Positions 37,207-46,385 of a DNA stretch of 49,036 nucleotides are shown in pieces (position 1 is the first letter of the stretch; each line of letters opens with the position of its first letter). A model generated the notes under the pieces. That model saw only the letters and a program-made list of their open reading frames with translations, was not told the DNA's origin and ran no database searches. Made by a program: the position numbers and the translations under genes. Source of the stretch: Candidatus Saccharimonadota bacterium (GTDB lineage: Bacteria > Patescibacteriota > Saccharimonadia > Saccharimonadales > OFTM59); contig JAJDCL010000001.1 in the NCBI GenBank assembly GCA_029260875.1, positions 1-49,036 of the forward strand, written 5' to 3'.

Positions 37207-38319
37207 CTAGACCTCTATGATTTCGTCTGGCTCTTGTTGTGGGCGCGAAGCGTGGTCCTGCTCTTTGCTTTCAGATGTTTTTGGTCCTGACGAAACGATT
37301 TTTTCATCTTCTATGTGTTGCTCGTGTTCTTTTTGTGCAATTACTACCGCTACAGCTCGCATGTCTTCGTACTGGTCAAATTCATCAACGATAGGCTTGC
37401 CGACGATTTGCTCTAGCACGTCTTCAATCGTGATAATCCCAACATATTCCTCAAAGCTATTCACCACAACAAACAGGTGGTGATGGGTCTTGAGAATTGC
37501 CTGCAACGCGTCGTGCAAGGACTGTTCCTCGTGAAGGTATAAAGCTTGCTTTTTCATGACGGTTTTGACTTTGCCGCCTGCCCGTCTCCTCAACAGGTCG
37601 CGCAAGAATAAGGTGCCCGCGATGTTGTCTTCATTACCCTCATACACCGGAAAGCGCGAATGTCCGCTGGCATGAAGCTCGTCCATTACAATTGGCCCCA
37701 GGTCATCCTCTGACGACACCATCTTCACAACCCGCCTCGGCGTCATGACATCACGGATTAATTTGTCGCCGAACACCAGTGTGCTACGCATGATTTCTAA
37801 CTCAGTTTGCTCAATTCTGTTATCGGTTTGCGTCTGTTGTTGGTCGAGTAAATCCAGCAGATCTGCCTTCTCGTACAAACGAGTATGAACTGGTATGTCC
37901 CTAAAACGCCTAATCAAACTGTGCGCCCAATCAATGGGTGTATGCGTCACTGCTAATACCTTGGCCAACAACGGCGCCATCCCCCGAGCAACATTACGCC
38001 CGATTGCCGTAGCTTCTCCAGCAGACAGCCAGACAAAACCTAGCCATACAAGCAGGCCACTAGCCAAAAGCGCTAGCCAAGTTGGTAAAATGTGCGAAAC
38101 GTAGACAAAGAAACCGCCAGCGCTCAGGCCAGTGACCAACCACAGAATTGCCCGCAAACTATGCCCATAAGCTACAGCTTTATAAAGCGTGGCTGCCACA
38201 TTATCACCCTGCCTAGCACGCCGTTTGAGTTCCTTGGCAGGCACTTGGCTGTATGTACGTTGCAAACTAATGGCAATAAGCGTCAAGCCTGCAAGCATTA
38301 GAGCGGTCAAAAATCGCAT
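37207..38319 (-). CDS. CNNM/hemolysin-family CBS-domain protein
   Basis: TMs, DVMTPR, GHSRFPV, GIITIEDVLEQIVG. Confidence 0.85.
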   Translation of the reverse strand: MRFLTALMLAGLTLIAISLQRTYSQVPAKELKRRARQGDNVAATLYKAVAYGHSLRAILWLVTGLSAGGFFVYVSHILPTWLALLASGLLVWLGFVWLSAGEATAIGRNVARGMAPLLAKVLAVTHTPIDWAHSLIRRFRDIPVHTRLYEKADLLDLLDQQQTQTDNRIEQTELEIMRSTLVFGDKLIRDVMTPRRVVKMVSSEDDLGPIVMDELHASGHSRFPVYEGNEDNIAGTLFLRDLLRRRAGGKVKTVMKKQALYLHEEQSLHDALQAILKTHHHLFVVVNSFEEYVGIITIEDVLEQIVGKPIVDEFDQYEDMRAVAVVIAQKEHEQHIEDEKIVSSGPKTSESKEQDHASRPQQEPDEIIEV

Positions 38320-38393
38320 AGTTACATCTTACGGCCCCGCTTGTGTTTTGGAAAGGCGTGATAAACTATAGGATGAATATAAGGAAGGGTTAA

Positions 38394-39029
38394 ATGAGTA
38401 AAAGATTTTTATTAGTGTTCGGTGCCATGGTGGCTATCTTTGCAGGATTGTTGCTTTTCAAAAACGATGCCCAAGCCCCTACGGTGGACGGCCAAGTGAC
38501 CAATCACACCTACGGCGAAGGCCAATCAGGTGTTACTGTCGTTGAGTATGGTGATTTTCAATGTCCGGCATGTTTTTCCTACTTTCCTCTTGTGGCTCAG
38601 GTGAAAGAAAAATATAAAGATCAAATAAAATTTCAGTTTCGGCACTTTCCGATAGTTTCGGCACACCGTAACGCCAAGGCAGCCCATAGGGCAGCCGAAG
38701 CAGCTTCCCAGCAGAGCAAGTTCTGGGAGATGCACGACCTGTTATACGCCAACCAAAAATCTTGGCAAGATAGCAACAATGCTGCTCAAGTATTTGAGGG
38801 TTACGCTAACCAGATAGGCCTTGATATAGAGAAGTACAAGCAAGACGTAGTTGACGCTTCAACCGCGGCTAATATAGATGCCGACTTCAAGCAGGGTGAG
38901 AAAGATGGGGTACAAGGTACCCCGACATTTTTCATAGAAGGCAAAAAGCACGAAACAGAGGATATCAGATCTGTGGAAGACTTTGAAAGGCTAATTGACG
39001 AAGCTATTAAGCAAAAATCTACCAGTTAG
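38394..39029 (+). CDS. DsbA/BdbD-family thiol-disulfide oxidoreductase
   Basis: EYGDFQCPAC, RHFP, GVQGTPTF. Confidence 0.92.
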   Translation: MSKRFLLVFGAMVAIFAGLLLFKNDAQAPTVDGQVTNHTYGEGQSGVTVVEYGDFQCPACFSYFPLVAQVKEKYKDQIKFQFRHFPIVSAHRNAKAAHRAAEAASQQSKFWEMHDLLYANQKSWQDSNNAAQVFEGYANQIGLDIEKYKQDVVDASTAANIDADFKQGEKDGVQGTPTFFIEGKKHETEDIRSVEDFERLIDEAIKQKSTS

Positions 39030-39070
39030 TACTTGCAGGCCCTTTCAGGTACCGAATGCTCACTATATAT

Positions 39071-39161
39071 AAAATAGTCTGAAATAAATTCAGACTATTT
39101 TGTTCGTTGCCAAAGAGCAGACAAGCTTTTTGGGCGACGAGACCCTGTCCGAGCGTCTCAT
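39071..39161 (-). repeat. Dispersed two-hairpin element, degenerate copy D, with AT palindrome
   Basis: ATGAGAC-N11-GTCTCGTCG...CTGCTC; AAAATAGTCTGAAATAAATTCAGACTATTTT at 39071-39101. Confidence 0.6.
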
Positions 39162-39165
39162 TGCT

Positions 39166-39261
39166 CTAATATTGCAAGTACTGTTGCCACTTTGGGCGGC
39201 GTATCTTCACTTCCACGCTTTTGCCCCTTTGTTTGATTTTTATTATTTTAATACCCTGCAC
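39166..39261 (-). CDS. Small basic protein, 16-40 aa depending on start (…KQRGKSVEVKIRRPKWQQYLQY)
   Basis: GTG 39261 after AGGGAG, or GTG 39216 after AAAGGGG; TAG 39166-39168; C-terminus resembles the 2777 ORF. Confidence 0.45.
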   Translation of the reverse strand: MQGIKIIKIKQRGKSVEVKIRRPKWQQYLQY

Positions 39262-39408
39262 CGCAGCACACTCCCTGTTCGAAGCCAAAAGAATAATTCT
39301 CCTTCAGCAGCAAACTTTTTGAATATTTTTGTCTTCGGCGTAATTGGTTCTCACTGCCAACTACTAGAAGTGATCTAAGTATCGCATAAGCGTATTATGC
39401 TCGCAAGT

Positions 39409-39903
39409 TTATTTTTTATCTCTATTTCCAATATTTCCAAGGGGGGTTAACAACGTATTAAAGACTTGACCGGCGCCAGCTCTAATACGCTCTCGGCGAG
39501 AATGTTCGGCCTTGATTTTCGTGTGTAATTTATGCAGAGCCGGGTTAGGAGCTTGGGATTCATGCATCGTCTTAAACTGCTCGTCAATTACCGCCAGCTC
39601 TTCGTCTGTCAAATCTTCTAGGTCAACGAAAGAATCTCGTGCTTTAGTGGCGCGTATTAGTTCATCAAGCTTAAGCTGCATGGCCTTACCGTCACGATTC
39701 TGTGTATTTTGAATCAAAAACACCATCAAGAATGTGACAATAGTGGTGCCGGTATTGATAACGAGTTGCCAGGTGTCTGAAAAGCCAAACATCGGCCCGC
39801 TAACCCCCCAAACAACAACAATACTGACGGCTATTAAAAATGTGTAGGCACTGCCAGCCCAAGCTGAAACTTTGTTAGAAACAAAACGAAAAAAATTCTT
39901 CAT
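39409..39903 (-). CDS. Low-affinity iron permease family protein
   Basis: FSDTWQLVINTGTTIVTFLMVFLIQNTQNRD..AMQLKLDELI. Confidence 0.9.
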   Translation of the reverse strand: MKNFFRFVSNKVSAWAGSAYTFLIAVSIVVVWGVSGPMFGFSDTWQLVINTGTTIVTFLMVFLIQNTQNRDGKAMQLKLDELIRATKARDSFVDLEDLTDEELAVIDEQFKTMHESQAPNPALHKLHTKIKAEHSRRERIRAGAGQVFNTLLTPLGNIGNRDKK

Positions 39904-39960
39904 AGTTTTTGAATGCGCTTATCCTCTTGATATACTATACAGCAAGGTTTTAAAACAAAG

Positions 39961-41655
39961 ATGGACGGACATATTTTTACCGAGATAACTCTGCTGATTT
40001 GTCTGGCAGCTGCCGTGGCGCTTATTATGCGCGCCTTAAAACAACCGCTTATTATTGGCCATATTATTACTGGGCTTATAGTCGGGCCTTCGGTTTTAGG
40101 TTGGGTGCGATCACCTGAAACCGTTTCGCTTATGGGTGAGTTCGGCATCGCGCTGCTTCTGTTTATTGTTGGTTTGGGGCTAAACCCTAAGATTATCCGA
40201 GAGGTTGGCAAGGTGTCACTATTGACCGGTTTAGGCCAAGTCCTATTTACTGTCTTTTTTGCACTGATACTGACTCGCGCCCTTGGGTACAGCACAGTTG
40301 AGTCGGTGTATATATCTGTCGCTTTAGCCTTTAGTAGTACTATCATAATCCTTAAACTTCTGAGCGATAAAAAAGAACAGCACAAACTTTACGGCAAGAT
40401 ATCCATAGGTTTCTTGTTGGTACAAGACGTCATAGCAACCTTCGCACTAGTTATGGCTTCGGCCATGGGACGAGGCGGGCTAAGCTACCATGAACTTGGC
40501 GCGCTAGCACTAAAGGGTGTCGTAGTGGGAGCTGTTATTTTTGCCATTTCCCATCTAGTTCTCAAACCTATGACTAGCTTTTTGTCTCGTTCTCAAGAAA
40601 TGCTGTTTTTATTCGCAATTGCCTGGGGATTCGGTATTGGCACACTTTTTTACGAGCTAGGGTTTTCGCTTGAGGTCGGTGCTTTGCTGGCTGGAGTCGC
40701 TCTTGCAAACCTGGCCTATGCGCAGGAGGTGGCCTCGCGGCTCAAGCCGCTTAGGGACTTTTTCTTGGTAGTGTTCTTCATAGCCCTTGGCTCCAGGCTG
40801 AATCTAGATAACTTTACGTCCTACGTAAACCCAGCACTTATGCTGTCAGTACTTGTACTTGTCGGTAACCCCATTATTGTCATGTCCATAATGGGCACAC
40901 TCGGTTATACCAAAAAAAATAGTTTTAAGGCCGGTCTAGCCGTGGCTCAGATTAGTGAGTTTTCGCTTATATTCCTGCTATTGGGTCAAAGAGGCGGCCA
41001 AATCAGCGAATCAATTGTCACGCTGGTGACGCTCGTGGCTATCATTACAATCGCTGTTTCCGCCTACATGATTACCTATTCCGACAACCTCTATAAGTTT
41101 CTTGAAAAACATCTGTCACTATTTGAAAGGCGCAAGCGACTCAGCGAGCATGAAACGCCACGCTCTTTTGACGCCATACTCTTTGGCTACAAGAAAGGTG
41201 GCAGCGAGTTCGTAAGAGTCTTCAAAAGCATCGCTAAACGCTATGTGGTTATTGATTATGATCCGGATATCACAGAAGAGCTTGAACGCAAGCAGATACC
41301 TTTCCTGTACGGTGACGCTACCGATTTGGAGATGCTAGAGGAAGTGGACCTTAGCAAAACCAGGCTGATAGTTTCACTTCTTTCCGATCATACAAGCAAT
41401 ATATCCATCCTAAAACACGTCGAGCAGGTTAATCAGCAAGCAGTGGTAGTATGTCACGCCAATACCGCCCAAGAGGCTGCAGAGCTTTATGGCTTGGGCG
41501 CTAGTTACGTAATGATGCCCGTTTACATTGGCAGCGAAAAAATCAGCTCATTCATAAAGAAAAACGGCTTTAGTAAAACCGAGTTCAAACACCACCGCGA
41601 CAAACATATTGAATATCTTCGCGCGCACTACGAAACAACCTCTGTGGGCGAATAA
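39961..41655 (+). CDS. CPA2 cation:proton antiporter with TrkA-N domain (KefB/KefC-like)
   Basis: SSTIIILK, LLVQD, PLRDFF, AQISEFS, YGDATD. Confidence 0.9.
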   Translation: MDGHIFTEITLLICLAAAVALIMRALKQPLIIGHIITGLIVGPSVLGWVRSPETVSLMGEFGIALLLFIVGLGLNPKIIREVGKVSLLTGLGQVLFTVFFALILTRALGYSTVESVYISVALAFSSTIIILKLLSDKKEQHKLYGKISIGFLLVQDVIATFALVMASAMGRGGLSYHELGALALKGVVVGAVIFAISHLVLKPMTSFLSRSQEMLFLFAIAWGFGIGTLFYELGFSLEVGALLAGVALANLAYAQEVASRLKPLRDFFLVVFFIALGSRLNLDNFTSYVNPALMLSVLVLVGNPIIVMSIMGTLGYTKKNSFKAGLAVAQISEFSLIFLLLGQRGGQISESIVTLVTLVAIITIAVSAYMITYSDNLYKFLEKHLSLFERRKRLSEHETPRSFDAILFGYKKGGSEFVRVFKSIAKRYVVIDYDPDITEELERKQIPFLYGDATDLEMLEEVDLSKTRLIVSLLSDHTSNISILKHVEQVNQQAVVVCHANTAQEAAELYGLGASYVMMPVYIGSEKISSFIKKNGFSKTEFKHHRDKHIEYLRAHYETTSVGE

Positions 41656-42230
41656 AGCCCGTGCCGTTTTATATACGCCTGGACCTCTAACGGGATCTTG
41701 TTGCTTTTATTCTTTTTGCGTAAGACCGACTTGATTCTGCTGGAACTAACACTAGGCAGTGTGCTTTGAAAAATCTGATACCGCATGTCTACACCGCGCG
41801 TTTTTTCAATTGCTTGCAAAAGGCCGATAGCTTTGTTCTGGTCGCTACGCACTCCTATGATGAAATGTACCGCCCCGATCACCTGTTCTACATGTGGCCA
41901 ATCGCCCAAATGCTTCAGCATGTCATCGCCCATCAACATATGAAGGCTAGCACCCTGAAACCTTGCTTTTAACACAGGTAGTGTTTCTTGCGGAGTAAAA
42001 CGGTCTTGCCCAAGCACGATGACACCAAACTGCGGTTCTTCCATAACGGCCAGATGGACCATATTCAGACGGTGTTCAATGGCTTTGACGCCCTGCTTGC
42101 GCCGCGGCCTAGCCTCAGGCAAGAAAAAAACTTTATCAAGCCCAGCCTGTTCAAGTGCGTCATGGGCAAATTGCAGATGCCCGTTATGGATTGGGTCAAA
42201 CGTACCAGAAAGAATTCCAACTTTGACCAT
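41628..42230 (-). CDS. nadD: Nicotinate-nucleotide adenylyltransferase-like
   Basis: GTFDPIHNGH, LMGDD, SSSRIK, YIKRHGLY. Confidence 0.8.
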   Translation of the reverse strand: MVKVGILSGTFDPIHNGHLQFAHDALEQAGLDKVFFLPEARPRRKQGVKAIEHRLNMVHLAVMEEPQFGVIVLGQDRFTPQETLPVLKARFQGASLHMLMGDDMLKHLGDWPHVEQVIGAVHFIIGVRSDQNKAIGLLQAIEKTRGVDMRYQIFQSTLPSVSSSRIKSVLRKKNKSNKIPLEVQAYIKRHGLYSPTEVVS

Positions 42231-42236
42231 ATAGGC

Positions 42237-42971
42237 CTACTTTTTAGCACCCAGCTCCTGCCAGGCAGCTTTTATCTTCCGCGAATTATGTACATTTAGA
42301 TGATTGAGGACTACGTAAAGGATTATGATGCCGCCGAGCATCTCTAGCCCTTCTTCAATACCCGTAACTATACCTTGGTACATAAACGTATTGTGCGGGA
42401 TGTCGTTCCCGTGCAGCTCCAAGCCAACCGCACCTATCAGAAATATAAGCCAACCAAACATCATAATCAGCCATTGTCTTTTGTGTAGTACTTTTAATAA
42501 TTTACTCATAAACCAAACACCAAAAACCAATACCACGGGCATGACCAGCCACCATGCATTCAGAGTGCTTGATGACCGCTCCAGGCCGAAGAATAACAAG
42601 TGCAGGCTCTGTAGTGATAGTTCATGGATACCCGACACCTCATCAATCGAGAACAAGACACCAATAAGCGCCATGCTCAGCCAAAGCTTGCGTACAGATT
42701 TCTGACTCGCCAGCTTGGCGGCCACAATACTTGCCCCAGCAACACACAGCCAAATCGCCTGAGAAAACCAGGTAGGCAGACTAGCTTCATCATCAACATC
42801 AAAACGATTAGATATCTCAAATATCTGTCCGTGTTTTTCGTTGTAGGCTAGGTTCAGATGCTGAAAAGCTAAGTGTAGAGTGAGTAATATAATAGTCACA
42901 CCGGCCAGTGCAAGAGCGATCCTTAATGGTAGTTTAATGGAATTCATCCGCCTAAGTATACACGTCAGCAC
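42237..42971 (-). CDS. Hypothetical multi-TM protein (start probably 42947)
   Basis: EASLPTWFS, SIDE..IHE, IEEGLEMLG membrane motifs. Confidence 0.7.
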   Translation of the reverse strand: MLTCILRRMNSIKLPLRIALALAGVTIILLTLHLAFQHLNLAYNEKHGQIFEISNRFDVDDEASLPTWFSQAIWLCVAGASIVAAKLASQKSVRKLWLSMALIGVLFSIDEVSGIHELSLQSLHLLFFGLERSSSTLNAWWLVMPVVLVFGVWFMSKLLKVLHKRQWLIMMFGWLIFLIGAVGLELHGNDIPHNTFMYQGIVTGIEEGLEMLGGIIILYVVLNHLNVHNSRKIKAAWQELGAKK

Positions 42972-42990
42972 TAGGTCTCGCAGCCAGGCC

Positions 42991-43779
42991 CTACAAAAGC
43001 AGTAAGATCAAAGCGCCTATTACCAGCCTATAATATGCAAAAACCGATAAACTATGTTTGGCCAGATAAGCCAGCAAAAAACGTATAGCAATCAGGCCGC
43101 TCAGGAAAGCGGCCGTAATACCGGCTATAAAGATTCCTGATTGGTTATCAAACTGTGTCAGTGCCACGTCATCTAAAAGCACTTTTAAGATCGCACCAAG
43201 TGTAATAGGAATCGCCAGCAGAAACGAAAATCTCGTGGCAGACACCCTGTCAAGACCAGCAAAAAGGCCGCTTGTAATCGTACTGCCAGAGCGTGAAACC
43301 CCTGGGATAATCGCAAAGGCCTGCGCCATTCCCATCAACAAAGCCTGCTGGGGAGTAACCTGTTCTACCGCAGTTTTTCTCTTGAATTTTACCGCATAAC
43401 GCTCTGCCAATATCATAACAACCCCAAACACCATTAAATTAACCGCTACAATACGCGATGAGCGGAAGCTTGTTTCAGCGGCTGATTGTAGAAAAAACCC
43501 CGCCACTCCAGCCGGTATGGTAGCCAGCAATAACATCTTTACCAGCCAGGTTTCTCGGGTCTTGGCAAATAGGCCAAGCGTTAATAGGCGGATGTCTTTA
43601 AAGAAGTACAAAATTAGCGCCAATAGCGTCCCCACGTGCAACGCGACATCAAACGTAAGCCCAGTCTGAGACACCCCCAGGGCGTCATGCAAAACGACTA
43701 AATGACCGGAGGACGAGACTGGAATAAATTCGGTCAATCCTTGCACAATGCCCAATAAAATCGCCTGAAAAATATTCAT
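42991..43779 (-). CDS. uppP: Undecaprenyl-diphosphate phosphatase
   Basis: QGLTEFIPVSSSGH, PGVSRSG, FSFLL, FAYYR. Confidence 0.95.
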   Translation of the reverse strand: MNIFQAILLGIVQGLTEFIPVSSSGHLVVLHDALGVSQTGLTFDVALHVGTLLALILYFFKDIRLLTLGLFAKTRETWLVKMLLLATIPAGVAGFFLQSAAETSFRSSRIVAVNLMVFGVVMILAERYAVKFKRKTAVEQVTPQQALLMGMAQAFAIIPGVSRSGSTITSGLFAGLDRVSATRFSFLLAIPITLGAILKVLLDDVALTQFDNQSGIFIAGITAAFLSGLIAIRFLLAYLAKHSLSVFAYYRLVIGALILLLL

Positions 43780-44567
43780 CTTTGGTAAATATCCCGACGT
43801 ACAAATATTATGTAACCAAAGATAACCAATGTCACATTTATGATCACAAGAACCACCATATCGCCCACCTCCAGGCCGGATCGCAACACGCTAGGATTGT
43901 TAAAATAATTGAACGGCGAAAGGTAGTTGGCTGTTTTAAGAGCGCTGACGCTCGGTGCCATTGAGGTAATCATAAAAGATACGAAAGCCAGTGCCCCAGC
44001 CACCGCACCCGAAACACCACGTCGCCCTGTGGCCGCGCCAAGACTATAGCCCAGCAGACTAAACACAAGTGTCACCAGCCACAACATAGTGACAGCAAGA
44101 AGGGTCCTGGTAACCGCCAGAGGTTCGTGTACCAATAGGGCGCCTACAAGCATGGCTACCAATATCGCCCCACACACCACGCCTATGATTGCTGCTATTG
44201 CTAAAAGTTTTTCAAAATATACACGACCCCTAGCAACCGGATGTGCGAGTAGTGTTTGTAGCGTACCGTCACTTTCGTCTCCTGCCACTAAGCCTGTCGC
44301 CAGAATCACCCCCATAATAATCGTCATAAACACCATCTGCGCTATGACCTGTAAATCCATAAATCCTTCTATGGTCTGATATGCCGTAGCGTCGCCAAGG
44401 AACGCTCTCAGAGATTCCGGCACATCACTCAACGATTGGCCAAAAGTTTCCTTAAAAGTCGGGAAAAATGCGGCAGTAGCGAGGACAAGCGCAAATAGCC
44501 CAACTCCCCAAACCACCATCAACCAGCGCTTTTCGTACAGCGTCTTTAAAAAAATATTCTTAAGCAT
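43776..44567 (-). CDS. ABC transporter permease
   Basis: AGDESDGTLQTLLAHPVAR; 6 TM; start overlaps the ATPase stop. Confidence 0.85.
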   Translation of the reverse strand: MLKNIFLKTLYEKRWLMVVWGVGLFALVLATAAFFPTFKETFGQSLSDVPESLRAFLGDATAYQTIEGFMDLQVIAQMVFMTIIMGVILATGLVAGDESDGTLQTLLAHPVARGRVYFEKLLAIAAIIGVVCGAILVAMLVGALLVHEPLAVTRTLLAVTMLWLVTLVFSLLGYSLGAATGRRGVSGAVAGALAFVSFMITSMAPSVSALKTANYLSPFNYFNNPSVLRSGLEVGDMVVLVIINVTLVIFGYIIFVRRDIYQR

Positions 44568-45444
44568 GGTAATACTCCATAAATACTGTCTCAAGGTCTG
44601 TCGGCTGGATTGATATATCGGTGATTTTATACCGCGATAAGACTTTTAACAGCAGGTCGGCGTGGCCAGCGTATGTACAGCTGATCACGCCGCCAACTAT
44701 CTTGACCTCGCTTACGCCTTTCTGGCTCTTTAGTTTTGCGTGAAGCGTTTTGTCATTGCTTGTAATACGGATCTGACGTGGCAGGTTGCTGGTTATCTCC
44801 ATCAAGGGCCTGCTGGTGATAATTCTGCCCGCTCGGATAAAGGCCACGTGGTCGCAGATTTCCTGAACCTCACTTAAGATGTGCGAAGAAATAAAAACCG
44901 TTCCACCATGAGCTTTGTGTTCTAGAATAATTTTATTAAATTCTGATTGAATAAGCGGGTCTAGCCCAGATGTTGGCTCATCTAGAACAAGCAATTCCGG
45001 CTTATGCATTAGCGCCGCTATCAAGCCTACTTTTTGCTTGTTGCCACGAGACAGTGTTTTAAACTTTTTATTCAGTTTGCATTCCAGTCGATCAGCTAGA
45101 TCATGCACATATTTTTTATCAAACCTGCCACGTAAATTGCCAAAGTATTCTAGTTGTTGCCAGCCCGTTAGCCCCTTATCAAGCGCCATGTCACCTGCCA
45201 AATAGCCAATTCGCGAGCGTGTATGAAGGCCGCTGGTCTGGGTATCAAGCCCAAATAGTTTTATCGTACCCGTCGTAGGCTTGATAAGATTCATCATCAT
45301 ACTAATAGTTGTTGTCTTGCCAGCCCCATTTGGCCCCAAAAAGCCAAATATTGAGCCTTTTTGTACCTCAAGCGAGACATTCTTTGTGCCAACATTATTA
45401 CCGTATAGCTTCGTAACTTTATTCAGCGAAATAATTGGGTCCAT
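44560..45444 (-). CDS. ABC transporter ATP-binding protein
   Basis: GPNGAGKTT, LSRGN, LDEPTSGLD, SSH. Confidence 0.95.
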   Translation of the reverse strand: MDPIISLNKVTKLYGNNVGTKNVSLEVQKGSIFGFLGPNGAGKTTTISMMMNLIKPTTGTIKLFGLDTQTSGLHTRSRIGYLAGDMALDKGLTGWQQLEYFGNLRGRFDKKYVHDLADRLECKLNKKFKTLSRGNKQKVGLIAALMHKPELLVLDEPTSGLDPLIQSEFNKIILEHKAHGGTVFISSHILSEVQEICDHVAFIRAGRIITSRPLMEITSNLPRQIRITSNDKTLHAKLKSQKGVSEVKIVGGVISCTYAGHADLLLKVLSRYKITDISIQPTDLETVFMEYYHA

Positions 45445-45453
45445 CGCTTTAGT

Positions 45454-45915
45454 TTACTTGATGCGACTTTTAAGTGCACTAAGTCTTGGGATAAAAGATT
45501 GCGCAGCGCCATCCAGGCCAAGGACTTTCAATGCACCGATTAAAACATATAATTCATCCAGCTCTTTTGGCTCTATAACGGCAGATTGTTCTAAGTTTTC
45601 AAAGAAATACTCAACTTTTTCTACCAGCCATTTTTCTTCGCCAGGCTTGATCTCGTTACTCTTCAGCTTTGTGGCCTGATCATTATTAACAACCTCTAGT
45701 GAACGAGCAGAGCGATCACGCTTTCTGAGGTGCCCGCGTTTGATAAGATTGTTAACATGTAGCGCCACAGTAGCGACCGACGTATAGCCAGTGCCTGCCA
45801 TTATTTCACGGTAACTTGGGCTATAACCGTGCTCGCCAATAAAGCTCTCAATAAAAGTCAGGAGCTCCTTCTGCTTCTTAGTTGGCAGCATCTTCTCGCT
45901 CATCATTTGTTCCAT
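45454..45915 (-). CDS. LexA-type DNA-binding-domain protein lacking the S24 peptidase domain
   Basis: PTKKQKELLTFI...GYSPSYREI...SVATVALHVNNL..RGHL....RSLEV; the C-terminus is short and not a protease. Confidence 0.8.
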   Translation of the reverse strand: MEQMMSEKMLPTKKQKELLTFIESFIGEHGYSPSYREIMAGTGYTSVATVALHVNNLIKRGHLRKRDRSARSLEVVNNDQATKLKSNEIKPGEEKWLVEKVEYFFENLEQSAVIEPKELDELYVLIGALKVLGLDGAAQSFIPRLSALKSRIK

Positions 45916-45929
45916 TTCACATTTATTAT

Positions 45930-45953
45930 TTTACATTTTTCAGCAATTTATCA
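45930..45953. repeat. Inverted arm at the 3' end of four-helix-bundle gene 1
   Basis: TTTACATTTTTCAGCAATTTATCA pairs with 46329-46352 (19/24 Watson-Crick). Confidence 0.7.
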
Positions 45954-46328
45954 CTTACCATTTTTCAACGTCGAAACAATTTTCTGAAAGATAAACAGAA
46001 ATTGTGAAACTTCGTCTAACAGCTCATCAATCATCTGCTCCTCTATTAACTCAGCTCTTAGTAACTGCAGCCAGTAGCGAGTTTCAGCAGCCTCTTTTTT
46101 CGCTATGAAAACTTTATTGCGAAAGTCTAGTCTAGAACTAGCGTTGTTGGCTTCCGTATAATTTGCACCGATACTGGTCGCACTGCGTACAAGTTGCGTA
46201 AGAATGGGTCTCAACACAGTATCTTGATTATATTTTCTGGCTACTTGGACGGTCTTTATACTGAGAGCTAGCATACGATCTTCAAGTTCTTTGGATATTT
46301 GTTGCGAACTGCGTTGTGGGTTGTTCAT
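45951..46328 (-). CDS. Four-helix-bundle protein (23S rRNA IVP / TIGR02436 family)
   Basis: QLVRSATSIGANYTEA..SSRLDF..K..IAKKEAAETRYWL. Confidence 0.92.
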   Translation of the reverse strand: MNNPQRSSQQISKELEDRMLALSIKTVQVARKYNQDTVLRPILTQLVRSATSIGANYTEANNASSRLDFRNKVFIAKKEAAETRYWLQLLRAELIEEQMIDELLDEVSQFLFIFQKIVSTLKNGK

Positions 46329-46352
46329 TGTTAAATTACTGTGAAATGTGAA
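46329..46352. repeat. Inverted arm at the 5' end of four-helix-bundle gene 1
   Basis: TGTTAAATTACTGTGAAATGTGAA, abutting the ATG. Confidence 0.7.
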
Positions 46353-46385
46353 TTGTTACTTATAAATTTCTCAGCTTCTATCATT

